DNA of 64,000 nucleotides from Spirochaetia bacterium (GCA_965226055.1 CBDDCA010000006.1:288001-352000), one strand, 5' to 3'. Shown: positions 1 through 11,366, counted from the first letter of the stretch. A program made the numbers and translations. Notes: a model not told the origin generated them from the letters alone.

Positions 1-882
1 TGTACCACGTAAAAACTCCCGTGTTATATCGCTTCCATAGGCAAGATTTAAGAGACATACTCCCACCGCACTACTTACCGAATAGCGTCCACCAATATAA
101 TCATCAATAAAAAAAGAATCGAGGTAATCTTTTGATTGTGCTAAAGGACTTGTTTCAGAGGTTACACATACCATATGCTTTTTGGGATGTTTAATACCTG
201 CTTGTTGTAACCATTCTAACGCAAACTGAGCATTGGTAAGCGTTTCTTGTGTTGTCCCACTCTTTGAAACTAAAATAAACAATGTTGTTTCTGGATTAGC
301 AAACAATAATTGTTCTCCCGTATCATCAGGGTCAACATTACTTATAAACCCTACTTTTCGTATAGGAATATCTTTTCTTTTTGCGTATACATAGGAACGC
401 AAAGCAAGATATACAGCACGAGGGCCAAGATCTGAACCTCCTATTCCTATTTGAATAAAAGTATCAAAAGGTTTTCCTGTTTCTCCTACTATTTCTTGGG
501 CATGTACTTTTTTTGCAAAATTTTCACAAAGGCGTATCTGTTCGGCATAAAATTCATTATAATTTCTCCCTTCTTTTTGGACTACAGTGTCTAACTGTCC
601 ACGAAGAGCATGGTGTAATACCATACGCTGTTCGCCAGTGTTTACTATTTCCCCATTTACAAGCTGAGAAAACATTTCTTTGAGTTGTTGTTCTTCTGAC
701 AGAGCATAGAGTTGCTGAAGTATCTCATCGTTTACTCTTTTTGCAGAAAAATTATAGCGGTATCCAGCTCCTGCTACATCATATTGTTGAATACGTTTTG
801 CATCAAATTGTTCATAACTAAACAATGGCATATCACTTAACTTCTTAAAATTAGTACAATCATTTAAGTTCTTATTACTCAT
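1..882 (-). CDS. pgi: Glucose-6-phosphate isomerase, 3' end outside window (not in ORF track)
   Basis: Manual translation from ATG at 882: MSNKNLND...NTGEQRMVLHHASR...FIQIGIGGSDLGP...FILVSKSGTTQETL, all typical PGI motifs. Confidence 0.95.
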   Translation of the reverse strand, partial: MSNKNLNDCTNFKKLSDMPLFSYEQFDAKRIQQYDVAGAGYRYNFSAKRVNDEILQQLYALSEEQQLKEMFSQLVNGEIVNTGEQRMVLHHALRGQLDTVVQKEGRNYNEFYAEQIRLCENFAKKVHAQEIVGETGKPFDTFIQIGIGGSDLGPRAVYLALRSYVYAKRKDIPIRKVGFISNVDPDDTGEQLLFANPETTLFILVSKSGTTQETLTNAQFALEWLQQAGIKHPKKHMVCVTSETSPLAQSKDYLDSFFIDDYIGGRYSVSSAVGVCLLNLAYGSDITREFLRGT

Positions 883-1003
883 ATATTCAGTATAATAGAA
901 TTACTATATTTTATTTCAAATATCCTTTCGCATACCTAGTAACAATACTCCTATACCAGCTTAACCTATTAAAAAGTAAAAGGCACAGCACTAATACCGT
1001 AAA

Positions 1004-1043
1004 CTTAATACTATCTTAACAATTTTTTAATTATTATCTCATA
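1004..1043 (+). promoter_or_regulatory. Putative Pho box (PhoB/PhoP-type operator)
   Basis: Heptamers CTTAATA/CTTAACA/TTTAATT/TCTCATA at 1004, 1015, 1026 and 1037 (11-bp period) directly upstream of pstS, in an operon that encodes PhoB/PhoR. Confidence 0.6.
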
Positions 1044-1079
1044 TAGATACTCTATACTGTAAGAAAAAAAGGAGATACT

Positions 1080-2066
1080 ATGAAAAAATTTAGTTTCATA
1101 TTACTAATAGTGATAAGTACAATCACTATTGTACCCGTTTTTGCCAATGGCAATAAAGAAGAAGCAGATAGCTCTAATAATTGGGCAATAAAAAGAGAAG
1201 CACAGATCCCCGAAGTGAATGCAAGTAATGTACAAGGAAGCATCATTATTGCAGGAAGTTCTACTGTATTTCCTGTTGCTGAAAAACTTGCAGATATTTT
1301 TCGTGAAGACGGATATACAGGAAATATAAAAGTAGACAGTATTGGAAGTGGTGCTGGGTTTGAACGCTGGACAAAAGGAGAAACAGATATTGCTAATGCA
1401 AGTCGCCCTATTAAAGAAAAAGAAATAAACACTGCACAATCAATAGGAAGAGATCCTATTGGGTTTCTGATAGGAATTGACGCATTAGTAGTGATAGTAA
1501 ATCCTGAAAACGACTGGCTTAATGATGTGAGCATTGAAATGCTTGCAAAAATTTTTAGCTCTGATAAATGGAGTGATGTAAATCCAAGCTGGCCAAATGC
1601 TATGATTGAAAAATTTTCACCAGGAACTGATAGCGGTACATTTGATTACTTCGTAGAAGCTGTATTTGACAAAGATAAAGAACCACTACTCTCTGCAAAC
1701 TCACTCCAGCTTTCCGAAGATGACAATATTCTCTCAAGGGGGGTACAAAGCTCTAAATACGGTATTGGGTACTTTGGATATGCATACTACAATGAAGCAA
1801 AAGATACACTCAAAGCTATTAGTATTTCAGGAAGCGTGCCTTCCGAAAAAAGTGTATACGACAATACATACCCATTAGCACGCCCATTGTACATGTATTC
1901 TTCTGCTTCAATTATGCAAGAAAAACAACAAATAGCTGCATTTTTAGCGTATACATTGAATAATATAGAAAGCGTTATCACAGAAGTAGGATATTTTCCT
2001 GCACGTCAGGCTGATTATACTAACAGTAACAAAGCATGGATGCAAGCAATGGAAGGAAACTATTAA
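1080..2066 (+). CDS. pstS: Phosphate ABC transporter substrate-binding protein
   Basis: AGSSTVFP, GSGAG, DIANASR, DSGTFDYF, YPLARPLY motifs; signal peptide; GGAG RBS. Confidence 0.95.
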   Translation: MKKFSFILLIVISTITIVPVFANGNKEEADSSNNWAIKREAQIPEVNASNVQGSIIIAGSSTVFPVAEKLADIFREDGYTGNIKVDSIGSGAGFERWTKGETDIANASRPIKEKEINTAQSIGRDPIGFLIGIDALVVIVNPENDWLNDVSIEMLAKIFSSDKWSDVNPSWPNAMIEKFSPGTDSGTFDYFVEAVFDKDKEPLLSANSLQLSEDDNILSRGVQSSKYGIGYFGYAYYNEAKDTLKAISISGSVPSEKSVYDNTYPLARPLYMYSSASIMQEKQQIAAFLAYTLNNIESVITEVGYFPARQADYTNSNKAWMQAMEGNY

Positions 2067-2087
2067 AATAGTAACTATCGTATAACT

Positions 2088-3014
2088 ATGAAAATGCCAC
2101 GATTACAAGATAAAAATAAGTACCGTCATATCCCAAGAATACATGAACGAGGTATTGAATGGGTTCTTACCATATGTGGAGTACTCTCTATAATAATAAC
2201 AATAGCCATCGTGCTCTTTCTTGGCAAAGACGCTCTCCCGTTCTTTCAAGACGAAGAAGTTTCATTATGGGAATTTTTTACTTCGACATCGTGGCAACCT
2301 GCATTAGGACAGTTAGGCATACTTCCTTTGTTTAATGCAACATTACTTACTAGTTTTATAGCCTTACTTTTTGCTACGCCCATTGGTGTTTTTACTGCTA
2401 TATACTTAAGCGAGTTTGCCAGTACAAGAATACGAAACATACTAAAACCTATATTAGAAATGCTTGCAGGCATTCCTTCAATAGTATACGGGTTTTTTGC
2501 AGTAGTATTTGTTACCCCTTTACTTCGAACAATTATTGGAAGTGATGTAGTGAACATTTATAATAATCTTTCTGCAGGTTTAATGATGGGGGTACTCATA
2601 CTTCCAATTATTACTTCTATGGTAGAAGATTCTCTTCATGCCATACCAAACACATTACGGAGTGGAGCCTACGCCTTAGGAGCAACGAAATTTCAGACTG
2701 CAACACAGATCGTACTTCCTGCAGCATTTTCTGGAGTATCAGCAAGTATTATTATTGGATTATCGCGTGCCATAGGAGAAACTACTATAGCAGCCTTAGC
2801 TGCAGGAGCAGGAGCTAATTTCACCTTTAATCCATTTGAATCTGCCGAAACTATGACAGGCTATATTCTACGTATTAGCGGTGGAGATGTAAGCTATAAT
2901 ACTATAGACTATACCAGCATTTTTGCTATTGGCATTACATTATTTTTTATTACCCTTGGACTAAATATGTTAGGGCAGTATATCAGTAACAAATATAGAG
3001 AGGTATACGATTGA
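2088..3014 (+). CDS. pstC: Phosphate ABC transporter permease
   Basis: ELLAGIPSIVYG-like motif, GAYALGATK, SRAIGET; multiple TM helices. Confidence 0.95.
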   Translation: MKMPRLQDKNKYRHIPRIHERGIEWVLTICGVLSIIITIAIVLFLGKDALPFFQDEEVSLWEFFTSTSWQPALGQLGILPLFNATLLTSFIALLFATPIGVFTAIYLSEFASTRIRNILKPILEMLAGIPSIVYGFFAVVFVTPLLRTIIGSDVVNIYNNLSAGLMMGVLILPIITSMVEDSLHAIPNTLRSGAYALGATKFQTATQIVLPAAFSGVSASIIIGLSRAIGETTIAALAAGAGANFTFNPFESAETMTGYILRISGGDVSYNTIDYTSIFAIGITLFFITLGLNMLGQYISNKYREVYD

Positions 3015-4171
3015 TGAATCTTAAAACAGTAAAAGAAAAATTTCAAATACTCTGCTTATTTGCATCATCACTTTTTTCCATACTCATACTCATTACGCTT
3101 TTATTCCAAATTCTCAATGAGAATTTTGGATATGTAATGTACGAATACTCAATAGAAGAAAAAGAGCTTCTCAGCACACCATTGGAACAAGCCAGCAAAG
3201 AAGAGATGATTGTTCTCTTAAAAGAAACATTACGCCCTTCTTTACAACGAAATTTAACAGAAGACACAGCATTTGAAAACCAAACTATTGACACTTTACG
3301 CAACCATGTTCGTCAGTACATTCTGAAAGAAAAAATTGTCAAATCATGGTCACTCTATGATTCTATTACAAAAAAAGATGAAATCTTTGCACAAGCTACC
3401 AGTACTAAAAACCGAATAGTATTTCATTCTTGGCTAAACCCTAACTTCATAATTTCAAAACAAAGTACCGAAGCAAGTACAACAGGAATTCGAACTGCTA
3501 TACTTGGTACATTATGGGTTATTACGATTGCTGCTTTATTTTCTATTCCGTTTGGTGTTGCAACTGCAATATATCTGGAAGAATACGCAAAAAAAAATAT
3601 GCTCACAAACATTATTACCACCAATATTTATAATCTTGCAGGAGTTCCCTCTGTTATATATGGATTACTTGGACTAGCACTCTTTGTTCGTATTTTTGAA
3701 CCTATCACACAAGGAAGAACAATACTATCTGCTGGACTTACCTTAGGGCTTATGTGTTTACCTATGATAATCATCAACTCTCAAGAAGCCATTAAAGCTG
3801 TCCCTAACACCTTACGTTATTCTAGTTATGCACTTGGAGCAACAAAATGGCAAACCATCCTGTACCATGTACTTCCCTACTCTTTAGAACGCATTATTAC
3901 AGGCATTATACTTGCTCTTTCTCGAGCAATAGGAGAAACCGCTCCTCTTGTTATCATAGGGGCAGCAACATTTATCAGTGTAGATCCCAACAACATCTTT
4001 GCCAGCTTTACTGCATTACCCATTCAAATATATCAATGGGCATCACGCCCTCAACACATTTATTACAACACAAGCTCAGCAGCAATTATCGTATTACTTA
4101 TTCTCATTTTAATAGTAAACATTATTCCTATTAGTATACGAAATAGGCTGTCAAAAAAAGTAAAAATATAA
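3011..4171 (+). CDS. pstA: Phosphate ABC transporter permease
   Basis: AIYLEEY, NLAGVPSVIYG, SRAIGETAPL, LPIQIY. Confidence 0.95.
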   Translation: MMNLKTVKEKFQILCLFASSLFSILILITLLFQILNENFGYVMYEYSIEEKELLSTPLEQASKEEMIVLLKETLRPSLQRNLTEDTAFENQTIDTLRNHVRQYILKEKIVKSWSLYDSITKKDEIFAQATSTKNRIVFHSWLNPNFIISKQSTEASTTGIRTAILGTLWVITIAALFSIPFGVATAIYLEEYAKKNMLTNIITTNIYNLAGVPSVIYGLLGLALFVRIFEPITQGRTILSAGLTLGLMCLPMIIINSQEAIKAVPNTLRYSSYALGATKWQTILYHVLPYSLERIITGIILALSRAIGETAPLVIIGAATFISVDPNNIFASFTALPIQIYQWASRPQHIYYNTSSAAIIVLLILILIVNIIPISIRNRLSKKVKI

Positions 4172-4191
4172 GAGAATGAAAGTAGGACATT

Positions 4192-4977
4192 ATGAACACA
4201 AAAAATAACACCCTCTTACAAACAAAAAAACTCAATTTTTATTATAACTACGATAAAAAGAAACCTTCAAGTATGATACATGCACTTACAGATATTTCTC
4301 TTGAAATAGAGCACAACACAATCTGTGCACTTATAGGACCTTCTGGGTGTGGAAAGAGTACTTTCTTACGTTGTATAAACCGTATGAACGATCTCATCCC
4401 TCATACAAAAGCGGAAGGGGAAATTCTTGTAAAAGGAAAAAATATCTTTGATTCTGAAGTAGATCCAGTAGAAGTACGAAAAGAGATAGGAATGGTATTT
4501 CAAAAGCCCAATCCTTTTCCTAAAAGTATTTATGAAAATATAGCATGGGGGGCACGTATCAATGGTATCACTAAAAACCTTGATGAACTGGTAGAAAAAA
4601 ACCTTGTGAATGCTGGACTATGGGATGAAGTAAAAGATAAACTAAAATCAAGTGCACTCTCTCTATCAGGAGGACAACAACAACGACTTTGCATTGCTCG
4701 TACATTAGCAATAAATCCGCAAATAATTCTTATGGATGAACCAACATCGGCACTTGATCCCATATCAACGTCTGTAATTGAGAACTTGATTATTGAGCTA
4801 AGAAAATCTTATACTATAATTATAGTAACTCATAATATGCAACAGGCAGGAAGAATATCAGACGATACCGCATTTTTCCTTAATGGTGTCCTCATAGAAT
4901 GCGACAAAACAGCAGACATGTTTGTAAAACCCAAAAACATAAAAACAGAAGAATATATTACTGGCAAATTCGGATAA
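4192..4977 (+). CDS. pstB: Phosphate ABC transporter ATPase
   Basis: [41 protein letters not shown]. Confidence 0.97.
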   Translation: MNTKNNTLLQTKKLNFYYNYDKKKPSSMIHALTDISLEIEHNTICALIGPSGCGKSTFLRCINRMNDLIPHTKAEGEILVKGKNIFDSEVDPVEVRKEIGMVFQKPNPFPKSIYENIAWGARINGITKNLDELVEKNLVNAGLWDEVKDKLKSSALSLSGGQQQRLCIARTLAINPQIILMDEPTSALDPISTSVIENLIIELRKSYTIIIVTHNMQQAGRISDDTAFFLNGVLIECDKTADMFVKPKNIKTEEYITGKFG

Positions 4978-4993
4978 ATTTATAGGAGATAAT

Positions 4994-5653
4994 ATGACAT
5001 TAATAAGAGAACATTTTAATCAAGCACAAAATGAAATAGAGAAACGCATCATTCGTTTTTCTTCAATGATATCAGATACATTACACAAAGCATTTAATAC
5101 AGTGCTAGCATTAGATTTATCAGAAGCGAAACAGATTATTGAACACGATAAACTAATTGATGAAGAACAACGTAAAATTGAAGAAGCATGTGTAAAAATA
5201 CTTGCAACGGAACAACCAGTGGCATCAGATTTACGGAGTTTAGTAGCATACATAAAAGAGCTTTCTCTGTATGAAAAAATTGGAGATTATGCAAAAAGTA
5301 TGTGCTTAAATACCGAGATGGTAACAAAACAGCTTATTGAAGAATATTCTCCTCATATCATTGCTCAACGAAAGGTAGTATTTGAAATGCTTGAAAGTAC
5401 TATTGAAGCTTTAGTAAAAAAAGACGCAAACTTAGCACGCGATACTGCTCAAAAAGATAATCAACTTGACAAAAATTACCGTGCCACACAAAGAGAGCTC
5501 CTTAAAAAACTTGATAACAATGATATACATCATGAAAGTATAGTTGCATTTATCAATATTATTAAATGTTTTGAAAGAATTGGAGACATGATAAGCATCA
5601 TTGACGAATTGATAGTATATGCTGTTAATGGCATACATGAAGACCTAAACTAA
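4994..5653 (+). CDS. phoU: Phosphate signalling complex protein PhoU
   Basis: QPVASDLR, EKIGD/ERIGD duplicated PhoU motifs; follows pstB. Confidence 0.93.
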   Translation: MTLIREHFNQAQNEIEKRIIRFSSMISDTLHKAFNTVLALDLSEAKQIIEHDKLIDEEQRKIEEACVKILATEQPVASDLRSLVAYIKELSLYEKIGDYAKSMCLNTEMVTKQLIEEYSPHIIAQRKVVFEMLESTIEALVKKDANLARDTAQKDNQLDKNYRATQRELLKKLDNNDIHHESIVAFINIIKCFERIGDMISIIDELIVYAVNGIHEDLN

Positions 5654-5667
5654 AAAGCTATTGTTGT

Positions 5668-6378
5668 ATGTCAGTGTCATCCCTGCCATCTGTTCTTATT
5701 GCTGATGATGATAAAGAAATATGTAAGCTTATTGAAATACTTATAAAGCCCATAAGTAGCACTACCACAATAACAAATACTGGAAAACAAACCTTACAAT
5801 GTATTGAAACATCTATACCAGATGTTATTATACTTGATCTCAGTTTTCCTGATCTTGACGGATTTTCAATTTGCTCATGGATTCGCAAGAATGAAACAAT
5901 ACCACAACCTATCATTATAGTACTTACCGCAAGAAATTCGGACAAAGATAAAATAAACAGCTTTGATATTGGTGCAGATGAATACATAAGCAAACCGTTT
6001 AGTCCAGCATTTCTTAGTAAAAGAATACATATGCTATGGCAACAAAAAAATAGTAGCAACAGTGCCACAACCAACACTACAAAGATTCAGTTTAATGAAA
6101 TCGTGCTTGATATAGAACAAAAAAGAGCATTTATCGAAGAGAGTGAAATATATCTTACCTTTATGGAATGGCAGATACTTTTATTATTTATGAAACATCC
6201 CGGAAAAGTATTATCACGTTCTTTCATTATCCAACATGTAAAAGGAGATAACTTTATTATATATGATAGAGTAATTGATGTTCATATTGTAGCATTACGA
6301 AAAAAATTAGGACACTTAAAATCATATATCTGCACAAAACGAAGTATGGGATATTATCTTGATAATACAAAAAAATAA
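5668..6378 (+). CDS. phoB: OmpR/PhoB-family response regulator
   Basis: Receiver domain (ADDD, ILDL, GADEYISKPF) plus winged helix (RVIDVHIVALRKKL, GYY); in pst operon. Confidence 0.85.
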   Translation: MSVSSLPSVLIADDDKEICKLIEILIKPISSTTTITNTGKQTLQCIETSIPDVIILDLSFPDLDGFSICSWIRKNETIPQPIIIVLTARNSDKDKINSFDIGADEYISKPFSPAFLSKRIHMLWQQKNSSNSATTNTTKIQFNEIVLDIEQKRAFIEESEIYLTFMEWQILLLFMKHPGKVLSRSFIIQHVKGDNFIIYDRVIDVHIVALRKKLGHLKSYICTKRSMGYYLDNTKK

Positions 6379-7411
6379 TAACAATACCCTCGATTATACA
6401 AACTATCTCAGCTTATTAAAAGCATCAAACTTTTTATCACCTTGGTGTATAATAAATAAAAATCTCACTATTGTAGAAGCACATCAAAAAATAACATCAT
6501 TTTCAAAGTTTGATACTGTAGTAGGACTTCATATTCTTCAAGCGTTTCTCAGTCATATATTAGAAGAACATCTTGAACAATTTCTTCTCACTGAAGAAAG
6601 AAGCAACACTATCGTAGTTCCAATCCATGAACAGCAATATCATATTGAAATATCAAAAATACAAAATAGCCCCTATATATTGCTTATATTTATGAAGCTA
6701 CAAGACAGTACACTTGATAAGAATGAAAAAACAGAGGAAATATTTATTCAAAATATATCACATGAATTACGTACTCCCCTTACTATTATATTAGGCTATA
6801 TTGAACACATTACCACCAATCAAACTACTGATACATTTAAGGAAGAACTGTACTGTATTCAACAACAAGGACATCGACTGCACAATATTATTGATGCTCT
6901 TACATACCTATACTTTCCTAAACATTTTCAACAACAAACACCTGACACATATGAAAACATTAACAATATCATTACAGAATTCTTAGGCACACAAATTACC
7001 AAAAAAAAGAAATCATATATTTCCTTTATTCAGTGTCAAAAAAACACACACATAAACATAAACAAAGTACTCTTATATATCGTTCTCTACAACCTTATTG
7101 ATAATGCTATAAAATTTTCTTCAAACGAACCGCATATCATCATTACTGCCAAAGATAAAAAAGATACCATAGTAGTATCAATACAAGACCAAGGAATGGG
7201 CATTCCAGAACATCTTCACGAAAAAATATTTGAACGATTTTATCGTGTTACTAGCACCGATCACCAAACAACACAAGGCTCAGGACTTGGACTGACAATA
7301 ACAAAAAAAATCATACAGACAATGAACAGTAGCATACAGCTACAGAGTGCTGTACACAAAGGAACTACTGTAATACTCACCTTTCCGAAAGACACTCATA
7401 AAAATGTATAG
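6359..7411 (+). CDS. phoR: Sensor histidine kinase, PhoR-like, no obvious TM segment
   Basis: SHELRTPL H-box, NLIDNAIKF, DQGMGI, FERFYR, GSGLGL. Confidence 0.8.
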   Translation: MIIQKNNNNTLDYTNYLSLLKASNFLSPWCIINKNLTIVEAHQKITSFSKFDTVVGLHILQAFLSHILEEHLEQFLLTEERSNTIVVPIHEQQYHIEISKIQNSPYILLIFMKLQDSTLDKNEKTEEIFIQNISHELRTPLTIILGYIEHITTNQTTDTFKEELYCIQQQGHRLHNIIDALTYLYFPKHFQQQTPDTYENINNIITEFLGTQITKKKKSYISFIQCQKNTHININKVLLYIVLYNLIDNAIKFSSNEPHIIITAKDKKDTIVVSIQDQGMGIPEHLHEKIFERFYRVTSTDHQTTQGSGLGLTITKKIIQTMNSSIQLQSAVHKGTTVILTFPKDTHKNV

Positions 7412-7429
7412 CTATCATTTTCTGTAGTG

Positions 7430-8734
7430 CTAAGGAATAATGTTACTTACAAGATAGTCTCTATTATACATGATAACTCTACCCAACTTATACTCTCTCC
7501 ATTTCACAAGAATAGGTTGAGGAACAATATTCTTTTCTTGCTCCAACTGTGTTACAGTGAACATCGTACTATCATATATAGTAGCTATTTCTAAACGCTC
7601 TTTGAGCATTGTTACTAAATTACCATCAACAGACCATAATTTTATTCTTGCATCCTTTCCTGCACTTGCAATACTATTGCTCTTTCCATTAAAAGCAACT
7701 GTCCATATACGATCATTATTATCCTTAATACTTCGTTCTAAAGTAGCATTTTTTACATTCCATATATTTATACTCTCATCAGCACTACTACTAATAATAT
7801 ACTTTGAATCAGCACTAAACCCAACAGCATATATATTTGAAGCATGTCCTTTTAGTACACGACTTGCTCGCAGTCCTTCTTTAGACGACTTTGCCTGTGC
7901 TAAGTCATCCAACGAGTATACTATTATCGTACAATCATCACTAGCACTTGCAAGATATTTTCCATCTGCACTAAACGCCAACGCATTGACATCTCCGTAA
8001 TGTCTTCTAAAGCTCTGTAAAGCAGTTATGTTTCTGTCTTGCTTTGCCATTTCTGTATTAAAAGGAACATTCCAAAATCGTACAATATTATCTGTACCAC
8101 CACTTGCAAGATATGTTCCGTCAGAACTATATGCTATAACATGTATCTCCTGTTGTGTCTGTAGCTCATCTATAAGCTGTGCATTCTCTACATCCCATAT
8201 ACGAATACTTCCATCTTTTCCCGCACTTGCAAGAGTATTTTCACTAGGATGAAATGCTATAGTATACCCCTCGTTCTGTGAGATAGTATGATTTTGTGAC
8301 TTATCCTGAAATTGAGCTTGAATTTGAGTAAGGATATTCCCTTTATTTGTTAGATCCCAAATAGTAATAGTACCATCAACACTCACACTTGCTACCAACG
8401 TTCCACTAGGACTATATAGTACTTGAGAAATAGCAGAGCTATGTCCTTCTAAACTACGAATAATCTGATAACTGTTTAGGTCCCATAGTTTGACTGTATT
8501 ATCTTTTGATCCACTCACAAGAAAATTACCACTAGGAGAAAATGCAATGCTAACAACATCATCACTATGAATGGGCTGTGGCTCTAACCTTTCTAAGCCT
8601 ACTTGTTGCATAAAATCAAGGGCTGACCCCTTCGCTACTTCCTGCTCTTCCTTATATGATGTACAGCTTGTTGCTACCAAGAGAACATAAAAAAAAGAGA
8701 TTATAAATATACACTGTAATAATTGCTGTTTCAT
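7430..8734 (-). CDS. WD40-repeat (beta-propeller) probable lipoprotein
   Basis: About 7 WD repeats (SGSKDNTVKLWD, SAGKDGSIRIWD and others); N-terminal hydrophobic stretch ending ATSC. Confidence 0.88.
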   Translation of the reverse strand: MKQQLLQCIFIISFFYVLLVATSCTSYKEEQEVAKGSALDFMQQVGLERLEPQPIHSDDVVSIAFSPSGNFLVSGSKDNTVKLWDLNSYQIIRSLEGHSSAISQVLYSPSGTLVASVSVDGTITIWDLTNKGNILTQIQAQFQDKSQNHTISQNEGYTIAFHPSENTLASAGKDGSIRIWDVENAQLIDELQTQQEIHVIAYSSDGTYLASGGTDNIVRFWNVPFNTEMAKQDRNITALQSFRRHYGDVNALAFSADGKYLASASDDCTIIVYSLDDLAQAKSSKEGLRASRVLKGHASNIYAVGFSADSKYIISSSADESINIWNVKNATLERSIKDNNDRIWTVAFNGKSNSIASAGKDARIKLWSVDGNLVTMLKERLEIATIYDSTMFTVTQLEQEKNIVPQPILVKWREYKLGRVIMYNRDYLVSNIIP

Positions 8735-8918
8735 GTAAATACACTATGAGTGTATTCTTATTATCTGCAATTTTAATCAAAAATTTTACTACTTTGATAA
8801 ATATATTAGTATTTATTTTCCTGCATGTATACAACATAAGTACTAGATACTCCTCTATAGCAGATACTTGCACCAATAATACAGATTTTATCAAATGTTC
8901 ATTATAAAACTCCTATTA

Positions 8919-11366
8919 TCAAATTCCCAGTGCATTCAACCTCAGTCTCTCTGTTGTAGTTTGTACAGTCTTTGCTTGATACCCCTTAAGCGGAATAAGA
9001 TTTTGGTGAATAGCATCCAATATAGTATGTTTAGTAGGAAAATACTCCAATTCCAAATCAGCAGGAGGCGTAATAAGATTTTTTGCACCAACAACAAAAG
9101 GAGGAGCATCTAAATAATCAAATACCACTGTACTAAGATTACTTGCTACAGTATGCATAAATGAACCTCTTTCCACTGCATCACTTACTAATAGTACCTT
9201 TCCTGTTTTTTTTACCGATTCTATAAGAATATCATATTGTAATGGATTTATAAAACGAAGATCAATAACATCTGATTCTATACCATGTTTTGTCGAGAGA
9301 TACTGTGATGCTTCCAATGCTGGATACAGAGTTGGCCCTACTGTAATAATACTAAGATGCTTTCCGTTTCTCCGCTGTACAGGAACACCCAATTCTACTG
9401 TATAATGCTCCTGTGGTACTCCCTGTGAATAAAACAGCTCTCCTTTACTATACAATTTTTGACTTTCAAAAAATATCACAGGGTTACTTGCACTCAATGC
9501 TGTAGCAAGCATCCCTTTTGCATCATAGGGAGTGACAGGATACATGACTTGTAACCCAGGTATGTGTGCCACAAGAGATGTCCAATCTTGTGAATGCTGT
9601 GGCCCATACTTAGTTCCCACTGATACACGCAGCACTAATGGCATTTGTAATGCTAACGCACTCATGCCTTGCCACTTTGACATCTGATTAAATACTTCAT
9701 CTCCAGCCCTCCCAAGAAAATCACAATACATAAGCTCCACTAATGCCCGTCCTCCACTGAGAGCATACCCTATAGCTGTACCAACAATAGCACTTTCTGC
9801 AATAGGAGGGTTAAACAATCTATGATATGGCAACGACTCAGTTAAGCCACGATAACACGCAAACGCTCCTCCCCAATCTCTATTTTCTTCTCCATATAAT
9901 ATCAACTTTGAATCAGTATATGCACTATGTAGCACAGCTTCAAATATCCCATCACGCAATGTATACACCTGAGATTCTGGATATGGTTTTTTTTGTTCAT
10001 CAAAAGCATAGCGTTTTTTACTTAATAGCTGTTTTACACGAGAATTTTCCTCTTGTGGAATACGTACTTCTGGTATATCATTTGTAGTGTATGCTTTTTG
10101 AGAAAACATTCTATTCTCAATAGCAGCAACAGTAACAAAAGGATTTTCCTCTGTACGAATAACAAGCTCAAGTGTCTTCTTTATTTTTATCATAACATCT
10201 TCATGAAAAGAAGAACATGCTTCTTCACTTACAATAGCATGAGATAGCAAATAATTAGCATACTCTATAATTGGATCTTTTTCCTTAAAGCTATCAATTT
10301 CCTCTTTTGTTCTATATGAAGAAACATCAGAAGAAGAATGACCTGAAATTCTATATGTAATCGTATCAAGCAAAACAGGCCCACGCCCTTGTAATAGAAT
10401 TTCTTTTTTTCTCCGCGTAGCATCAGCCACCGCTAATGGATTAAAGCCATCGACTCTTTCTGCATACATAGCATTTGCATTCACCCCCGATGCAATACGA
10501 GCCATAACCCCTATCCCCATAGTTTCCCCAACAGTTTGCCCTCCCATACCATAAAAATTATTAAAGATATTCATCAGATATGGCGGAGCTCCCTCTTTAT
10601 CCCAAAGACTATAGTACTGTTCCATTGAAGAAAACATAAGAGCTTCCCATACTGCTCCACATGCCATAGCAGCATCCCCTATATTTGCAATTACTATGCC
10701 CGGTGTATTATGTATTTTTTTATACAAAGCAGCCCCCAATGCAATAGTAGCACTGCCTCCCACTATAGCATTATTTGGCATACTTCCCAACGGAAAAAAG
10801 AATGCATGCATTGATCCTCCGATCCCTGCATTAAATCCATTTTCTCTTGCAAAAATTTCCGAAAGCAACCCATACAATACACAATATTCCGCAACATCAT
10901 ACATATTTTTTGCGAGCTTATGCTTTTCAACAATATGTAGCAGAGTACCTTCTCTATAATTCAAGAACAATGTATATAAATCATTTTCATTTAAGCCTCG
11001 AATAGCCGAAAAACATTTTGCTATAATCTCACCATGACTACGATGAGAACCAAAAATAATATCATTTTTTTCTAAAGCAAGACATTGTCCTACAGCAGCT
11101 GATTCCTGTCCAATAGATAAATGTACTGCCCCTCTATGAGTGTAGCGTATGTTCTGATATTCTCCCTTTGTTTTTATAGCACTAAGCATTTGCTCAAATT
11201 CTCGAATTATGAGCATATCATAATATACTCTTCTTAACCTTTCTCTCCCGTACCGTTCCAGTTCTCTATAAAAATGAGGTTGATACGCATTTATTGGAAT
11301 AGACGCAGACTCTAACACATCTGCTTTGCGTATTTCATCTTTTTGTAACAATATACTCTTTGGCAT
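8919..11366 (-). CDS. 2-oxoacid dehydrogenase E1, fused alpha/beta subunits (TPP-dependent)
   Basis: HLSIGQE, HRSHG, GGSMH, GDAA...N TPP motif, TYRISGHS; beta part PIAESAIVG, VELMYCDF, HSQ. Confidence 0.92.
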   Translation of the reverse strand: MPKSILLQKDEIRKADVLESASIPINAYQPHFYRELERYGRERLRRVYYDMLIIREFEQMLSAIKTKGEYQNIRYTHRGAVHLSIGQESAAVGQCLALEKNDIIFGSHRSHGEIIAKCFSAIRGLNENDLYTLFLNYREGTLLHIVEKHKLAKNMYDVAEYCVLYGLLSEIFARENGFNAGIGGSMHAFFFPLGSMPNNAIVGGSATIALGAALYKKIHNTPGIVIANIGDAAMACGAVWEALMFSSMEQYYSLWDKEGAPPYLMNIFNNFYGMGGQTVGETMGIGVMARIASGVNANAMYAERVDGFNPLAVADATRRKKEILLQGRGPVLLDTITYRISGHSSSDVSSYRTKEEIDSFKEKDPIIEYANYLLSHAIVSEEACSSFHEDVMIKIKKTLELVIRTEENPFVTVAAIENRMFSQKAYTTNDIPEVRIPQEENSRVKQLLSKKRYAFDEQKKPYPESQVYTLRDGIFEAVLHSAYTDSKLILYGEENRDWGGAFACYRGLTESLPYHRLFNPPIAESAIVGTAIGYALSGGRALVELMYCDFLGRAGDEVFNQMSKWQGMSALALQMPLVLRVSVGTKYGPQHSQDWTSLVAHIPGLQVMYPVTPYDAKGMLATALSASNPVIFFESQKLYSKGELFYSQGVPQEHYTVELGVPVQRRNGKHLSIITVGPTLYPALEASQYLSTKHGIESDVIDLRFINPLQYDILIESVKKTGKVLLVSDAVERGSFMHTVASNLSTVVFDYLDAPPFVVGAKNLITPPADLELEYFPTKHTILDAIHQNLIPLKGYQAKTVQTTTERLRLNALGI

